NCBI GenBank assembly: GCA_964016885.1
Contig: OZ024743.1
Location: forward strand, 292,950,001 to 293,014,000
Source: Eledone cirrhosa
Lineage: Eukaryota
Length of the DNA stretch: 64,000 bases
Reading direction: 5' to 3'
The stretch's first letter is position 1. Each line of letters starts with the position of its first letter. Below the pieces are notes generated by a model that saw nothing but the letters and a program-made list of their open reading frames with translations, had not been told where the DNA came from and made no database searches. The position numbers and the translations under genes are program-made. Shown here one piece after another: positions 1 through 13,110 of the stretch.

Positions 1-43
1 TAATAAATCACTGCCTAGACTGAAATTAAACCATCAATTTATG

Positions 44-108
44 TATTTTATCTGATGAGGACGTACTGAATAAAAGAGCACAGTACCTCCGAAATATATA
101 TAAAAAAA
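44..108 (+). ncRNA. Type I hammerhead ribozyme motif, AUA-type, slightly degenerate
   Basis: tattttat-CTGATGA-ggacgtactg...cagtacctcc-GAAA-tatat-ataaaa. Long helix II. Helix I has the same 5' strand as copies at 29388, 45695 and 60724. Confidence 0.6.
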
Positions 109-152
109 CATATATTTTGATTATGTGAACCTCTTCATTTATTAATATTTTG

Positions 153-202
<50 letters not shown>

Positions 203-312
203 ATAATAATAGATTTTAAGACTAAAATCCAAAGAGGGCTCGGTAAGGATAAATATATATCAAATATATATTGCTCTACGATTCTTTGCTTAAACTTTAA
301 TCTGTTATTTTA

Positions 313-360
<48 letters not shown>

Positions 361-536
361 TTCGAAGATTGTGTTTCGTTATTTCGTGGGCCGAAGTTCC
401 GATTCTCGATAATTTATATATATATATATCAATAGCGTGAAAAAAATATTAACTATGAACAATAGCGTTTGCCAGACTCAATTTAAAATAATAAATCAAG
501 AAAAGAAATACAAACTGATATTGGGGCATATGCCAG

Positions 537-614
537 ACACCCAGACAGCTTTTGGTAATGCTGTTTCGCATTTTTAGCGAAGGGAATTACCTATCTCTGC
601 TCATCAGTGGGTGT
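537..614 (-). ncRNA. Canonical type I hammerhead ribozyme
   Basis: Minus strand reads acaccca-CTGATGA-gca...tgc-GAAACAGC-attaccaaaa-GCTGTC-tgggtgt: intact core, 7-bp helix I, 5-bp helix III, GUC cleavage site. Confidence 0.88.
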
Positions 615-847
615 AAAATTAGTAAACCCTTCACTTCTAAGTATCTCAGAAGACTGAATAGTGTGCATTTATAAAATAACGCACATGGCATCAGAACCTA
701 GCGTAACTCATAAACGTATACTACTAAAAATACCAGCCAAGTTTACTCGACATTTAAATTAGGTCTACAAATTGAAGGAGCTATAAATTCCTTCAGATAT
801 TTAATTGTAAGAGACTATTTTGAGTTTCTAACTCAATATATACCTTT

Positions 848-970
<123 letters not shown>

Positions 971-1127
971 CGTTGACAAATATATCAATATGCCCAGACA
1001 TGTAGATATATTGCCCTTGGTATGACAGTATGGTTTTAGCTCAATGTAGGATAACTAGTATAATTTAACCTTGTTCTGGTGACGCAGCTCGATGGAGCAT
1101 GCAACTACTGATATACTCATGTTTATA

Positions 1128-1174
1128 AGCTCTGAAGATTCCTGCCATGGTGTATGGATGAAACACTGTTATCT
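1128..1174 (+). ncRNA. Degenerate hammerhead motif
   Basis: agct-CTGAAGA-ttcc...ggat-GAAAC-act-GTT-atct. Cleavage triplet and helix I are imperfect. Confidence 0.4.
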
Positions 1175-1244
1175 AATAAAACAATGTATTTCTAAGCAAT
1201 CTTTGGTTATTCCTATAACTATATATATATATATATATATATAT

Positions 1245-1421
1245 CGAAAGAGTTGTGGTAAGGAACCAGATGGACCATAACGCACCAGAGTACTCAATAC
1301 TTAGGGTAGTAGAGTGGGTAATAGGAGAAAGTATGACCCGGACGACAGAGCTCAAGCCGTTTCACTTTAGTCCAGAAATAGCCGTCGAAACGGCTTGAGC
1401 TCTGCCGTCGGGGTCATACTT

Positions 1422-1428
<7 letters not shown>
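1245..1428. mobile_element. Fold-back PLE pLTR-derived insert, family B (3' half of HHR, long arm plus short arm) in (TA)n
   Basis: Inverted repeat gagaaagtatgacc...gagctcaagccgtttc / gaaacggcttgagctc...ggtcatactttctc. GAAACGGC...GCCGTC forms HHR helix III plus GUC. Homologs at 17861, 38800, 51076 and 62081. Confidence 0.75.
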
Positions 1429-1496
<68 letters not shown>

Positions 1497-1551
1497 TTAA
1501 AACAATGAAATAAAAATTCAAGTCATTAGGAATATACAATATACTTCACTG

Positions 1552-2488
1552 CTTTACGATCGTTTCTACGTGATAATAATACATCATTCGCATATTTCGT
1601 TATCAATCTATGTAAGGTTAGTTACAAAATATCAAATAAGGAGTTTATTTACCTACGTGTTTATCGTCAGCCGTTGTCAAAAGCAATGGAAATTTTATTC
1701 AAAATCAATAGTAAATGAATTCTATGACCTTATTTGGAGTTAGCTGAAGAAAAAACCAATCAAATGGTGTTTTGCCATATGATGTTAAGACGAAATATAA
1801 CTCACTTTAGTTAAGGTCATGACCTTTTGAAAGGAATGATTGAATGGTGTTAAAAATAGAATTACTATGAAGAACCTATGAAGAAAAGGGATTGTTGTAT
1901 TGGTAGTGGAGTGAAGTTTAAAAAGGGATGTAAAAATTATATGTTGAGTTGTGTTGTATGGGGTTTTTAGGTGAATATAAATAAAGAAATATAAAATATA
2001 CGGAGATAACTAGGGTAAATATAGATAGGTAAAGTAATGGTCATACTTAGGAAGGATAGTATATTGAAAGATGAAAATTATAATAAGATAATAAAATACA
2101 ATAATATAATAATATAATATAATGTAATATAATATAGTGCATTATGGTATATAGTAAAGCGTATGGTGTATCATAAAATATAAAATAGTAAATATTTTCA
2201 AGTGGGTCTATGTACAAGTAATCAATCCCAGATAAATGCATGTTGGCATATAGCCAAAACGCATAATTTTCTTAGATCACAAAAGTACTTATACTCACAT
2301 ATAATGATAGAGGTATAATTACATAGATACTCCATTAAAAACATACATAGATATATGCATACATAGATATATGCATACACATATACATACATACACGCAC
2401 ACATACATATATATATACATTCATATATATACATACATATATATATACACACACATACATGTACATACACATACGCACACACATACAC

Positions 2489-2526
<38 letters not shown>

Positions 2527-2906
2527 TCTTATCATACATACATAGATACATGTATACCCATGCAATTACAGGTGGTTATGTACCTTGATGCCCATAGTCA
2601 GTAACGCATGAATCAATGGAAGCTAAAAAATTAAAAGGTTAAAAATTTAACAGGAAGGTGTATAATAACAAAAAGGTACGTCACATAGAACTATAGTGAG
2701 CTGCTATTTAGGATGTTTAATTAGGTTTATAGTACTTAAATGTTTTTCGTATACGGTGATTACAAGCTCTAATCAATTCTTGTCTTTTATTCAATAAATC
2801 GTCATTAGATTTAGTAATTTCCAAGATCTCTCTGGAATATAATCTGCATTCTCTCCTGTTCCCAAGATATGGAGTTCTTTGTAGAATGGTATCCCACGAT
2901 AGCTTG

Positions 2907-2910
<4 letters not shown>
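1552..2910 (-). mobile_element. 3' end of Penelope-like element: GIY-YIG C-terminus (2717-2910), AT-rich 3' UTR, degenerate HHR at 1552-1673
   Basis: Translation ...SWDTILQRTPYLGNRRECRLYSREILEI...LLNKRQELIRACNHR resembles a PLE endonuclease C-terminus. Downstream CTGACGA...GAAACGATCGTA on the same strand, with helix I not pairing. Confidence 0.6.
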
Positions 2911-2939
<29 letters not shown>

Positions 2940-2943
<4 letters not shown>

Positions 2944-3052
2944 CATTATCGGTTAAAGCTTTTAGCGATACTCCGGCCAAATACCAACTCACTCAACAAA
3001 CATTAGGAAATAAGTGAGTATATTCCTAATTAAGCGGTCGGGGTACTAACTA
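2940..3052. repeat. Short interspersed repeat flanked by (TA)n, inverted copy at 60385-60495
   Basis: atacattatcgg...tagcgatactccggccaaat...ctcactcaacaaacattaggaaataa matches the reverse complement of 60385-60495. Confidence 0.7.
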
Positions 3053-3303
3053 AAAGTATTGTGTGGAAAATTGGCTGTATTATTTCATATGAGACATATC
3101 GAATATATATATATATAGTTGTTATATAGTAAGGTGCATTATTGGTTGTGTAAAAAGTTCCAATAACTTTATGTTAGCAATATTAAGTTCCCCACGCTAT
3201 TGTATATCTCCAATTCCATTCAAGGGAACAGCTAGATGATGTAAAACGGAGTATAAGAATCAAAATGAAAATCCGAAGGCAAGGTAAAATTCCAATCATT
3301 TAA

Positions 3304-3377
3304 TCACGACATATGTTTCAATAAGAGATAGATCGATTATGAAGCCATGATCGATTATCTCTGATCTCATCAGGTGA
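3304..3377 (-). ncRNA. Type I hammerhead ribozyme, palindromic minimal helix III
   Basis: tcac-CTGATGA-[long helix II]-GAAAC-ATAT-GTC-gtga. Confidence 0.82.
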
Positions 3378-3884
3378 AAGTGAATTGTCTTCAAATTCTT
3401 GATATGAGGGAGAAAAATAACGATGTTCTCTCACAGAATTCATTCCCTCATATGAAGACACACCAGTCAGAGACACGGCGACTGCTATTAACTTCAGCTG
3501 AGGTCATAATAGTTTTCAGATTTCTATCACTGCAAAAGACGCTGGACATCAATCAGTCACAGTTAATGTGAGTGGGTACACACACATTCCACGCCCACAT
3601 ACACCGGCTCGAGTTCAAAGAAAAATATATACATATATATATACACATCAACACAGTATTAAACCTGTAGAGTTAGTGGGGTGGGTACACACACACTCTC
3701 ACACACACCGAAGCGATGTCCGAGAAAAAATAAATATAAGAAAACAAATATAATAAAACAAATATAAGAATGTACCAACACAGCACTCACCGAAAGTTAG
3801 TTCATAAAACAACAGAAGCTATATTGGTCAAATCTCAATTTGACGATGTAAATTGGAAATATTGGGTTAACCAACGCCCCACAC

Positions 3885-4033
<149 letters not shown>

Positions 4034-4540
4034 CAAGTAAGTTCAGTTCAGTGTTCTGCTATACGTGTATAGATTGAATTGTAACATCCATATCTTCAAG
4101 TGTATGTTATGGTATATACACATCCGAATCGTCCAAGAAAGGGTCTATACACATGTTCGGGTATATACACATCCATGTGAAGATCAAGCAATCAGCTCAT
4201 ATCGAACTCAGTATGTACCGCTGTCCCATTGAGAATCCGAGTCACCAAATCCGTGCGTGCAAGCAACCGTAATGTAGGCCAGCAAAGGGCTCCTTGTAGG
4301 GTTGGGTATTGGGTAAATGGGTCCGTAAGTGCGATTTCCCATCATATGGGCCAATGAGCTTTTAAGATAGTTGTTTGAGTGGTGGAGGTGTGTTTCCAAC
4401 ACAGAAGGTGAAGTAAACAGCTGAAGTTAAAAGCAGTAGCCGTGTCTCTGACTAGTGTGTCTTCATATGAGGCAATGAATTCTGTGAGAGAACATCGTTA
4501 TTTTTCTCCCCCATATCAAGAAATTGAAGACAATTCATTT

Positions 4541-4613
4541 TCACCCGATGAGCCAGTGATAATCGATCATGGCTTCACAATCGATCTATCACTTATTGAA
4601 ACATGTGTCGTGA
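4541..4613 (+). ncRNA. Hammerhead copy with U4C core mutation
   Basis: tcac-CCGATGA-...-GAAAC-ATGT-GTC-gtga. Confidence 0.7.
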
Positions 4614-4650
4614 TTAAATGATTGGAACTTTACCTTGCCTTCGGATTTTC

Positions 4651-4787
<137 letters not shown>

Positions 4788-5199
4788 ATTCTGTTCACGA
4801 GACATCTAACCTCATGGAGGTTAGATGTGTCGTGAATAGAATCCACATTTGCTGACTGAGGAACCTGTGGGCTGTTAAACTGCACATTTATATGGTAAAA
4901 CGAACTAGATTCGTATCAGCAAACTTATAGTTATAAGGTTGGTAATTTAAAACTCTACTTCAGAGATTTGATTCTGACTTAGTTTTTTTCTATTTAATTG
5001 CTAAACCTGTAGATATTGTTCTCTATACAGTAACGGTAAAACTCACTTGTAATAATTCTTTACACACATCTCACTGTGTAACACACTACTCTTTGTGTAA
5101 TATATTTGTATATATATATATATATATATATATATTCTCTTTTACTCTTTTACCTGTTCCAGCCATATCCGGCTGAGGCCATGCTGGGGCATGTATATG

Positions 5200-5301
<102 letters not shown>

Positions 5302-5314
5302 CATGCATATTCAC

Positions 5315-5348
<34 letters not shown>

Positions 5349-5401
5349 ACATACATATATACATGCATATTCACATATATATATATATATATATATATAG
5401 C

Positions 5402-6676
<1,275 letters not shown>

Positions 6677-6845
6677 TTTCCAGCTCTGTGCACCTAACCT
6701 CTGCATGAATCCAGCCACCTAGCTGCCTTCCACTGCATATTGCACATTGAGAACATGCCTTTACGCTTTGGCTTCTAACTAATTCACCAATCTCTCTTCT
6801 CCTCTCCTATCTCCATATCTCTCTTTAAGATTGGTTACTCTTGAA

Positions 6846-6924
<79 letters not shown>

Positions 6925-6933
6925 TATATATAT

Positions 6934-7290
6934 ATATTGGTAAACGGAAAAGAAAATGCTGACAAATTGTTCACAGTGAAAAATAGTTTAATTAGGAATA
7001 AGTGAAAATTAGTAATAGTATTGGTTAGTATTCAGTTTTGGTTTTAAGTTTTACCGGTTGTGCATTTCTAATGCTTTTCAAAAATAATTTTGAAATAGAG
7101 CGTCCGTGATGTTTGCTCTAGCTCTATCTCAAAATTATTTTTGAAAAGCATTAGAAATGCGCAACCGGTAAAACTTAAAACCAAAACTGAATACTAACCA
7201 ATACTATTATTAACTTTCACTTATTCTTAATTAAACTATTTTTTCACTGTCAACAATTTGTCAGCATTTTCTTTTCCGTTTACCAATATA
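6934..7290. repeat. Near-perfect ~355-bp palindrome (fold-back) within (TA)n
   Basis: 6934-7101 is the reverse complement of 7121-7290 with few mismatches. Contains an HHR-like variant at 7137-7174. Confidence 0.9.
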
Positions 7291-7321
7291 TCATAACTCG
7301 TGTGTTACACCTCTATTCTTT

Positions 7322-7402
<81 letters not shown>

Positions 7403-7646
7403 TGAGTGAGTGTGAAAGACCAAAGATCTATATTGGATGTCTCTGGATTTTGCAAAATACATATTATTGTTTATTGGAGAAGGAAAGATATTTTCCCGCA
7501 AATAGTTGATTGCACTGTTTTGTTTCCACTTATGTATATTTTGAAGATGTTATTTATTCATTATAAGTATTATATGATAGCATTCTATATGTAGGTGGGG
7601 TCCCTTCATCTCCTGGCGACCAATATTTTTAGACCAAGTCCGGCAC

Positions 7647-7701
<55 letters not shown>

Positions 7702-7736
7702 ATTAGGAATGGTGCTCTGAAAAAACGATGTATACA

Positions 7737-8100
7737 TGAATATATGTATAGTATATTTGGCAATATATTGTATGTTTATTTTAAAACATTTTGAAGACCT
7801 TGCGCTATTATTTTAAAGTAGTGATTATAGATGTGTGATTCTTATAGAATTCCAGTAATAATCAGAAACTGATTATACAGAGGGATTGCCGGTCCAACAA
7901 ATATTGACACCAAACATCGGCGAGTGCTAAGCTCTGATGATCACCAACAGTGTGAAACAGATCTGTCAGCTTATCTCCCTTTATTTGTTGAAACACAAAG
8001 TAAGTAACATAGTCACTACTTTAAAATAATAGCGCAAGGTCTTCAAAATGTTTTTAATTAAGCATACAGTATATTGCCAAATATACTATACATATATTCA
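7737..8100. mobile_element. Inverted-repeat insert (arms 7737-7829 and 8010-8100) enclosing a hammerhead
   Basis: Arms are reverse complementary (aaaacattttgaagaccttgcgctattattttaaagtagtga / tcactactttaaaataatagcgcaaggtcttcaaaatgtttt). Confidence 0.78.
7928..7973 (+). ncRNA. Minimal type I hammerhead ribozyme
   Basis: taagct-CTGATGA-tcaccaacagtgt-GAAAC-AGATCT-GTC-agctta. Palindromic helix III (ACAGATCTGT), 6-bp helix I. Confidence 0.88.
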
Positions 8101-8394
8101 TATATATATATATATATTTATTTATTTATTTATGATGCCAATCATTGTAAGTTTGAATCTAATTGACATGAAAACAAATATATATATGAATAAGGTAAGC
8201 CCAAATCATAGTAGATTCAAATATCACAGAGAGAGAGGGATACAGGAAGATAGAGAGAGTGAGAGAGAGAGAGAAAGAGAGAGGGGGGAGAAATGAGGTG
8301 CAACAAAAATGAAATATGGATTATAAGTTAAAATATAGTCTAGATAGATGAGAAACAAAACGAGGATGTAGTTTATGAAACGCCCAAATGATTT

Positions 8395-8850
8395 AGAAGT
8401 TGACCTTAAGTAGCAGCAATAACATTAAGAAAGACATGAACGACACCACAGCATTTTGCTTTGAAAATTTTGAAAGTAGGTTTATTAGTATGAATTTTCA
8501 CTAGACTTTCATAGCTGTCTCAGTGGACTAGCGGTAGGTGCTATAGACGGTGGAGATCCAGGTCTTGGGTTCAATCCTGGTCGAGAGATGCATGCAATCT
8601 TCTCCAGTTTTAATTTTACGTCCCATAGAAAAAAATGAGAAGGTATACCGGGAACCCTACTCCCGACCAGGATCGAACTTCAGACCAGGTTCATCAACAT
8701 CTATGATTCTTCCAACTAGGCCACCGAGACAGCTAAAAGAGTATAATGAAAATTAGTAATTATAAACCTACTTTCAAAATCAATGTTAACACATGTGGTT
8801 TCGTTCATGGCTTTCCTAGAGCTATTAGTCATATTTAGGGTCGACTTGTC
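8395..8850. repeat. Diverged inverted repeat carrying two convergent tRNA-like (Pol III A/B box) sequences
   Basis: Plus 8514-8588 gctgtctcagtggactagcggta...ggttcaatcctggtcgaga. Minus 8660-8735 gctgtctcggtggcctagttgga...gttcgatcctggtcggga. Flanks are also inverted (ttttgaaagtaggtttat / ataaacctactttcaaaa). Confidence 0.65.
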
Positions 8851-8936
8851 AATCTTCTGACTCTTTGGTAACAACCTTATTAATCCAATGTGTGTCTAAC
8901 TGATGATTTAATTTAATTTAATTATTTTAACAAAAA

Positions 8937-8969
<33 letters not shown>

Positions 8970-8970
<1 letters not shown>

Positions 8971-9125
8971 AGTGGCGGACTGGCTAGGTTGCCCAATGGC
9001 AAATGGCTCCCAGGGGAACAACGGTAGCATTGTAGGGCCCACTGTGGCATTTTAGGGGCCAATGCTTAGCTTTCAAAAATACCTGAAGTCTAGGAGAAAA
9101 AATAAAATTTGTTTTTAAATAAATT
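8970..9125 (+). mobile_element. Left end of hAT-like MITE (second copy 48982-49160; related terminus ending at 7648)
   Basis: Starts CAGTGGCGGACTGGC. Shared ttgcccaatggcaa...ggccc...gctttcaaaaata with the 48982 copy. Confidence 0.55.
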
Positions 9126-9867
9126 AAACAATATATATATATATAACGTCAGTTAGATCCCTAGGGATTTGTGTACATGTTGAAAACATGTTATGTATAT
9201 ATATGTATATATACATGTTTATATATATACATGTTATGTATATACATGTTATGTATATATAGATAGATAGATTATGTATATATATAGAGAGATAAATCTA
9301 TATAAACACATGTACATGCACACATATACAAGCACTCCCATTTATATATATATATATATATATGCATATGGGAGGGAACATCATAATTATAAAGATAAAT
9401 TTACTTCATGAAGATAAGATTATTATTCAATCTAAATAACGATTAGACTTTTGACATTTGAACATTTTAGATCTTTATTTTTATTTTATTTCATTTTTTT
9501 TAGTCTATTAAAGTTTTTTGCGTTTATGAGTAGAAGAGATGAATATCATGCTGAGAACGTGTGCGTGAGAAAGAGAGAGGGGGAGTATGTCCGCATATAT
9601 CTATATGAGATAGAGTAAGGAAAGAGTGTGGGAGAGAAAAGGGTGGGAATCAGGCATATAGAAAGATGGGAACAAATACAATGGGGGAGTTTACATACAT
9701 AAAATTCGTGTAATAAATATAACAATGAAAACATAAAACAATTGAAATCCCCAATAGGGGAGAGGCGTTACAAAGGGTTGTACACAACCCCGAGAAAATG
9801 TGCAACCCTCCTCTCCAGGAGCACGAAGAGCGAATGCTCCCTTCCTCTCTTCCTCCTCTTCCTCAAT

Positions 9868-12800
9868 CTACAAGCTTATAAAGAGAGAAGGCCCAATCAC
9901 TCGGGCCAGCCTTGCCACATTCACCCACCTTTCGTAAAATTTGCTGGGGTGCCGCACCTCTTTCTCCAGTCTGATTCTTCTTTTAAAATAATATTTAAAG
10001 AAGCGAACCAGTTGTTCGCCGGAGAGAAAGGTGTCTGGCCTCAGCCCTTCCAACCTCGTCCACCATATAGCCTCTTTCACTATAGCCATTATACAGAGGA
10101 AAACTGCCTCTCCTTCGTTTTTGAAGGAGGGTGGCGGTTTGATCGTAATAATGGACCCAGTGGTCAACCGGATTGGTCCCACCCGCGACAGTAGTCGTTC
10201 TATGTAGCTCCACATGTCGGTAACGCCCGGGCAGTGTACGAATGCGTGCGCGACGGTTTCCTCGTCCCACACATCTCGGACAGACCATTTTCGGGGGGTC
10301 CAATCCCGGGCGCCCGTGTCTGTAGAGCTTGTCTCGAACGGGTAGAGCTCCTCGATAGCACTGCCAGGCCAGGGACTTTTGGAAGTTATCCATCGGTCCC
10401 GGGCGGAAGGTCCTACCGAACAGACTGGCCAGTTCATCTTCCTCCATGCCTAGAGTTTCTCCGAGAGCGTCATCGCACTTTCTGCGGACCATCCCTCTAT
10501 AGAATGACGAAGTGGAGTCTCCACTGATTGCCGGATCCATTTGCCAGAGGAACGTGAGCGCCTGAGCACATTCAAAGTGCCAGTCGCCCATTTTCCTCGG
10601 TCTTTGCTTGACCCAGGACTGCAGTTCGGTCAGTGAGACGAGTTGTGAGAAGGCTCACCTCAGAACGGGGCCCACACCAGTTGATCGGTGAGGAATACGT
10701 GGAGGTGCCGCAGGCTGAGTGCGTGTTTACGCATTGTCAGCCACGGCGCCCCAGCCCTCTGTTAGAAGGGTGTTGACAGCAGATGGATCTAGTCACCGAA
10801 AGAGCCCGCTTCTTCCAAATGAATTGGAAGAGCGCGCGCTCTGTTTTCGTGAGCGTTTTACTTGGACAAGGCACGACGGTCAAGCGGTAGTAGATGACGG
10901 ACACTATGAAAGCGTTCGCCACCTCCGCTCGATCTTTCAAGGATAGTTTGTCCCGGTTCTGCTTCGCTTCTGTGAACCTTTCGTATCCCTCCAGTAAGGT
11001 GCCGCCCTCCTCGATTTGCGAGGTGCTTGACACTATTACTGGCACGTCATCGGCGTAGGCCGACACCGCTTTTCGCAGTACCGGTTCCAACGGCATGCCC
11101 TGTAGTCGCTCCAACTTTCGCACTAGTGGCTCGAGAGCCAGTACATACAGAAGGGGGGGGAGAGGGCAGCCCTGTCGGATTGAACGCGTGATTTGGAACG
11201 GCTCCGAGAGGTAGCCGTTCACCTTGACCCTTGAGCAGATGTTGCTGCTCGCATTGCAGCAATCCAGCCCCTGAACACGGGTCCGAAGCCTGCTGCTGCG
11301 ATCACCACATCCAGGTAACGATGGTCAACCCTATCGAATGCCTTAGACTGATCCAAGTTGATCAGGGCCCCACAGAAGCCGGGTTCACACCCTACCCTCT
11401 CTACGATGTATCGCATGAGGTGGAGGTTGTCGTGTATGGATCTGAACGGGATTGCGCATGTGTGCGATTCTCCCACCAGGTTCCCAACGACAAGCGCCAA
11501 ACTCTTTGCTAACACCTTGGCCAAAATCTGTAACTCTGTGTTTAGCAAAGTTATCTATGTGGCCCCTTTGTTCTCGTTCTTCCTGACTAGCGTGACTACG
11601 CCCTTGGTCACAGAACTGGGAATTCTCCCGTTCTGCTTCCAGTTGCAGTAGACCGCTTCGAGGAGATCGGAGAACAAGTCCGGCATTGCTACGTAAATTT
11701 CGTAGCGTAGACCGTCGAGACCCGGACATTTGCGTTTGCGCATTGGCTCAGCGCGTCCCCTATCTCAGCGAAATCGGCTGAAATCGGCCTCTCGCAGGAC
11801 TTCGCCTCCCCGTTCGAGAGTCGCGGCAGGCCATCGAGGTATGGACCGAATCGATAGTCTCTCCGGGCGCGCCACCCCTCCCGAACAGCTGTGCAAAGTG
11901 CCGCTTAAAGGCCGCGCACATCCGCTCCGGTTCAAGTATCACACGTCCATCTTGGTCCTTCAAAGACCGAATCGTGGACTTGTTTCCACTTTTCGCCACT
12001 GTCGCTCTGGCCCAGCTAACAGCTTTGGCTCCCTCGTTTCCTAGAGCACGTGTTTTACTCCTGACAACGCAGCCTTCGTGCTTTGTGTCGAAGAACTGGT
12101 CTAAGGCCGTTCTTGTCGCTAGCACGTTAGCTAATTTGCCACTCCTAATCGCCTCTTCTACTTTATCTACTAGTTCTTTTTCAGTCCTATTCCTATCTAA
12201 CGCTAGTTCCTTACTAAAGCCTATCGATTCTAATCTAATTGATCTCTTGAGAGAGCTCCACCACCTGTTGTTGACAATTACCCCTGTCAACTGCTGCTTA
12301 ACTAAAGTGCAAATCCGTCTACTGTAAGGTTTGCATGTCGGTAACGACAAGTTCAGCTTCCAGTAGCCGGGTCCCTGTCTATGGGTTCCATCAAGGTTGA
12401 CTATGCAGGTCACTAGTTTGTGATCTGAATAGGCAGCCATGAACATGTGTGGACAGCTTAACATGTCTCTATCCCTATCTCTAACTAGAAACCTATCTAG
12501 GTAATATCTAGATGTCCCGCTACGGTTCGTCCACGTACACAGTGGCACAGTCGGAAAATCTAGTCGGTATCTATCGGCCAGTTGAAACCGGCCGATTAAC
12601 TGTTTGAGGCCGGTACACACGCCTCTATCCCAACGTGCATCTAGGATTCCATTCCAGTACCCCACTAAAAGCAAGGAGTGGGACGTTCCCAGAAAAGTCT
12701 CCAGAGGTTTGAAGAAGTCTGGCCGCGATGTCCCGGAAGGGGAAGCTAGTCTGAAGGCTCTATCTTCACTACTGTCAACGTCTAGGACCACCAGTCGACC

Positions 12801-13070
12801 CTCCGGGTCCAGATGTACCGTCTGTATTACGAGGTCCAGGTGTTTCCACAGCAAAATGGCAACCCCGCCCCGACCTCCCGGCTGACAGAGAGATGCGTAG
12901 ATCTCAAAGTCGTCGAAGATGGGGGCCAGTTGCCACTCGCTGTGGGTCCAGGACTCGCAAATAGCTACTACATCCATACTGTGCTACCTGGGGTCGTTTA
13001 AGAGTTTTCCCTGTTTCCAGGGCATCCCCAGGCCGCGTACATTCACATATCCAACTCTTATATTGGCCAT
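9868..13070 (-). pseudogene. Tx1-like ORF2 (apurinic endonuclease + reverse transcriptase), frameshifted, with internal deletion
   Basis: MANIRVG start; DVVAICES, YLDRF, YSDH (APE); PGLDGL, LDQSKAFDRVDH, RQGCPL, AYADD (RT); ETVAHAFVHC. Confidence 0.92.
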
Positions 13071-13110
13071 GTTGGTGCTGAAAAGTTAAAAGAAGAGGAA
13101 AAGAGATCAC

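Noticed and set aside
8514-8588. Bona fide tRNA gene
   Set aside because: Cloverleaf stems are imperfect and it is part of a larger inverted repeat; treated as tRNA-like only.
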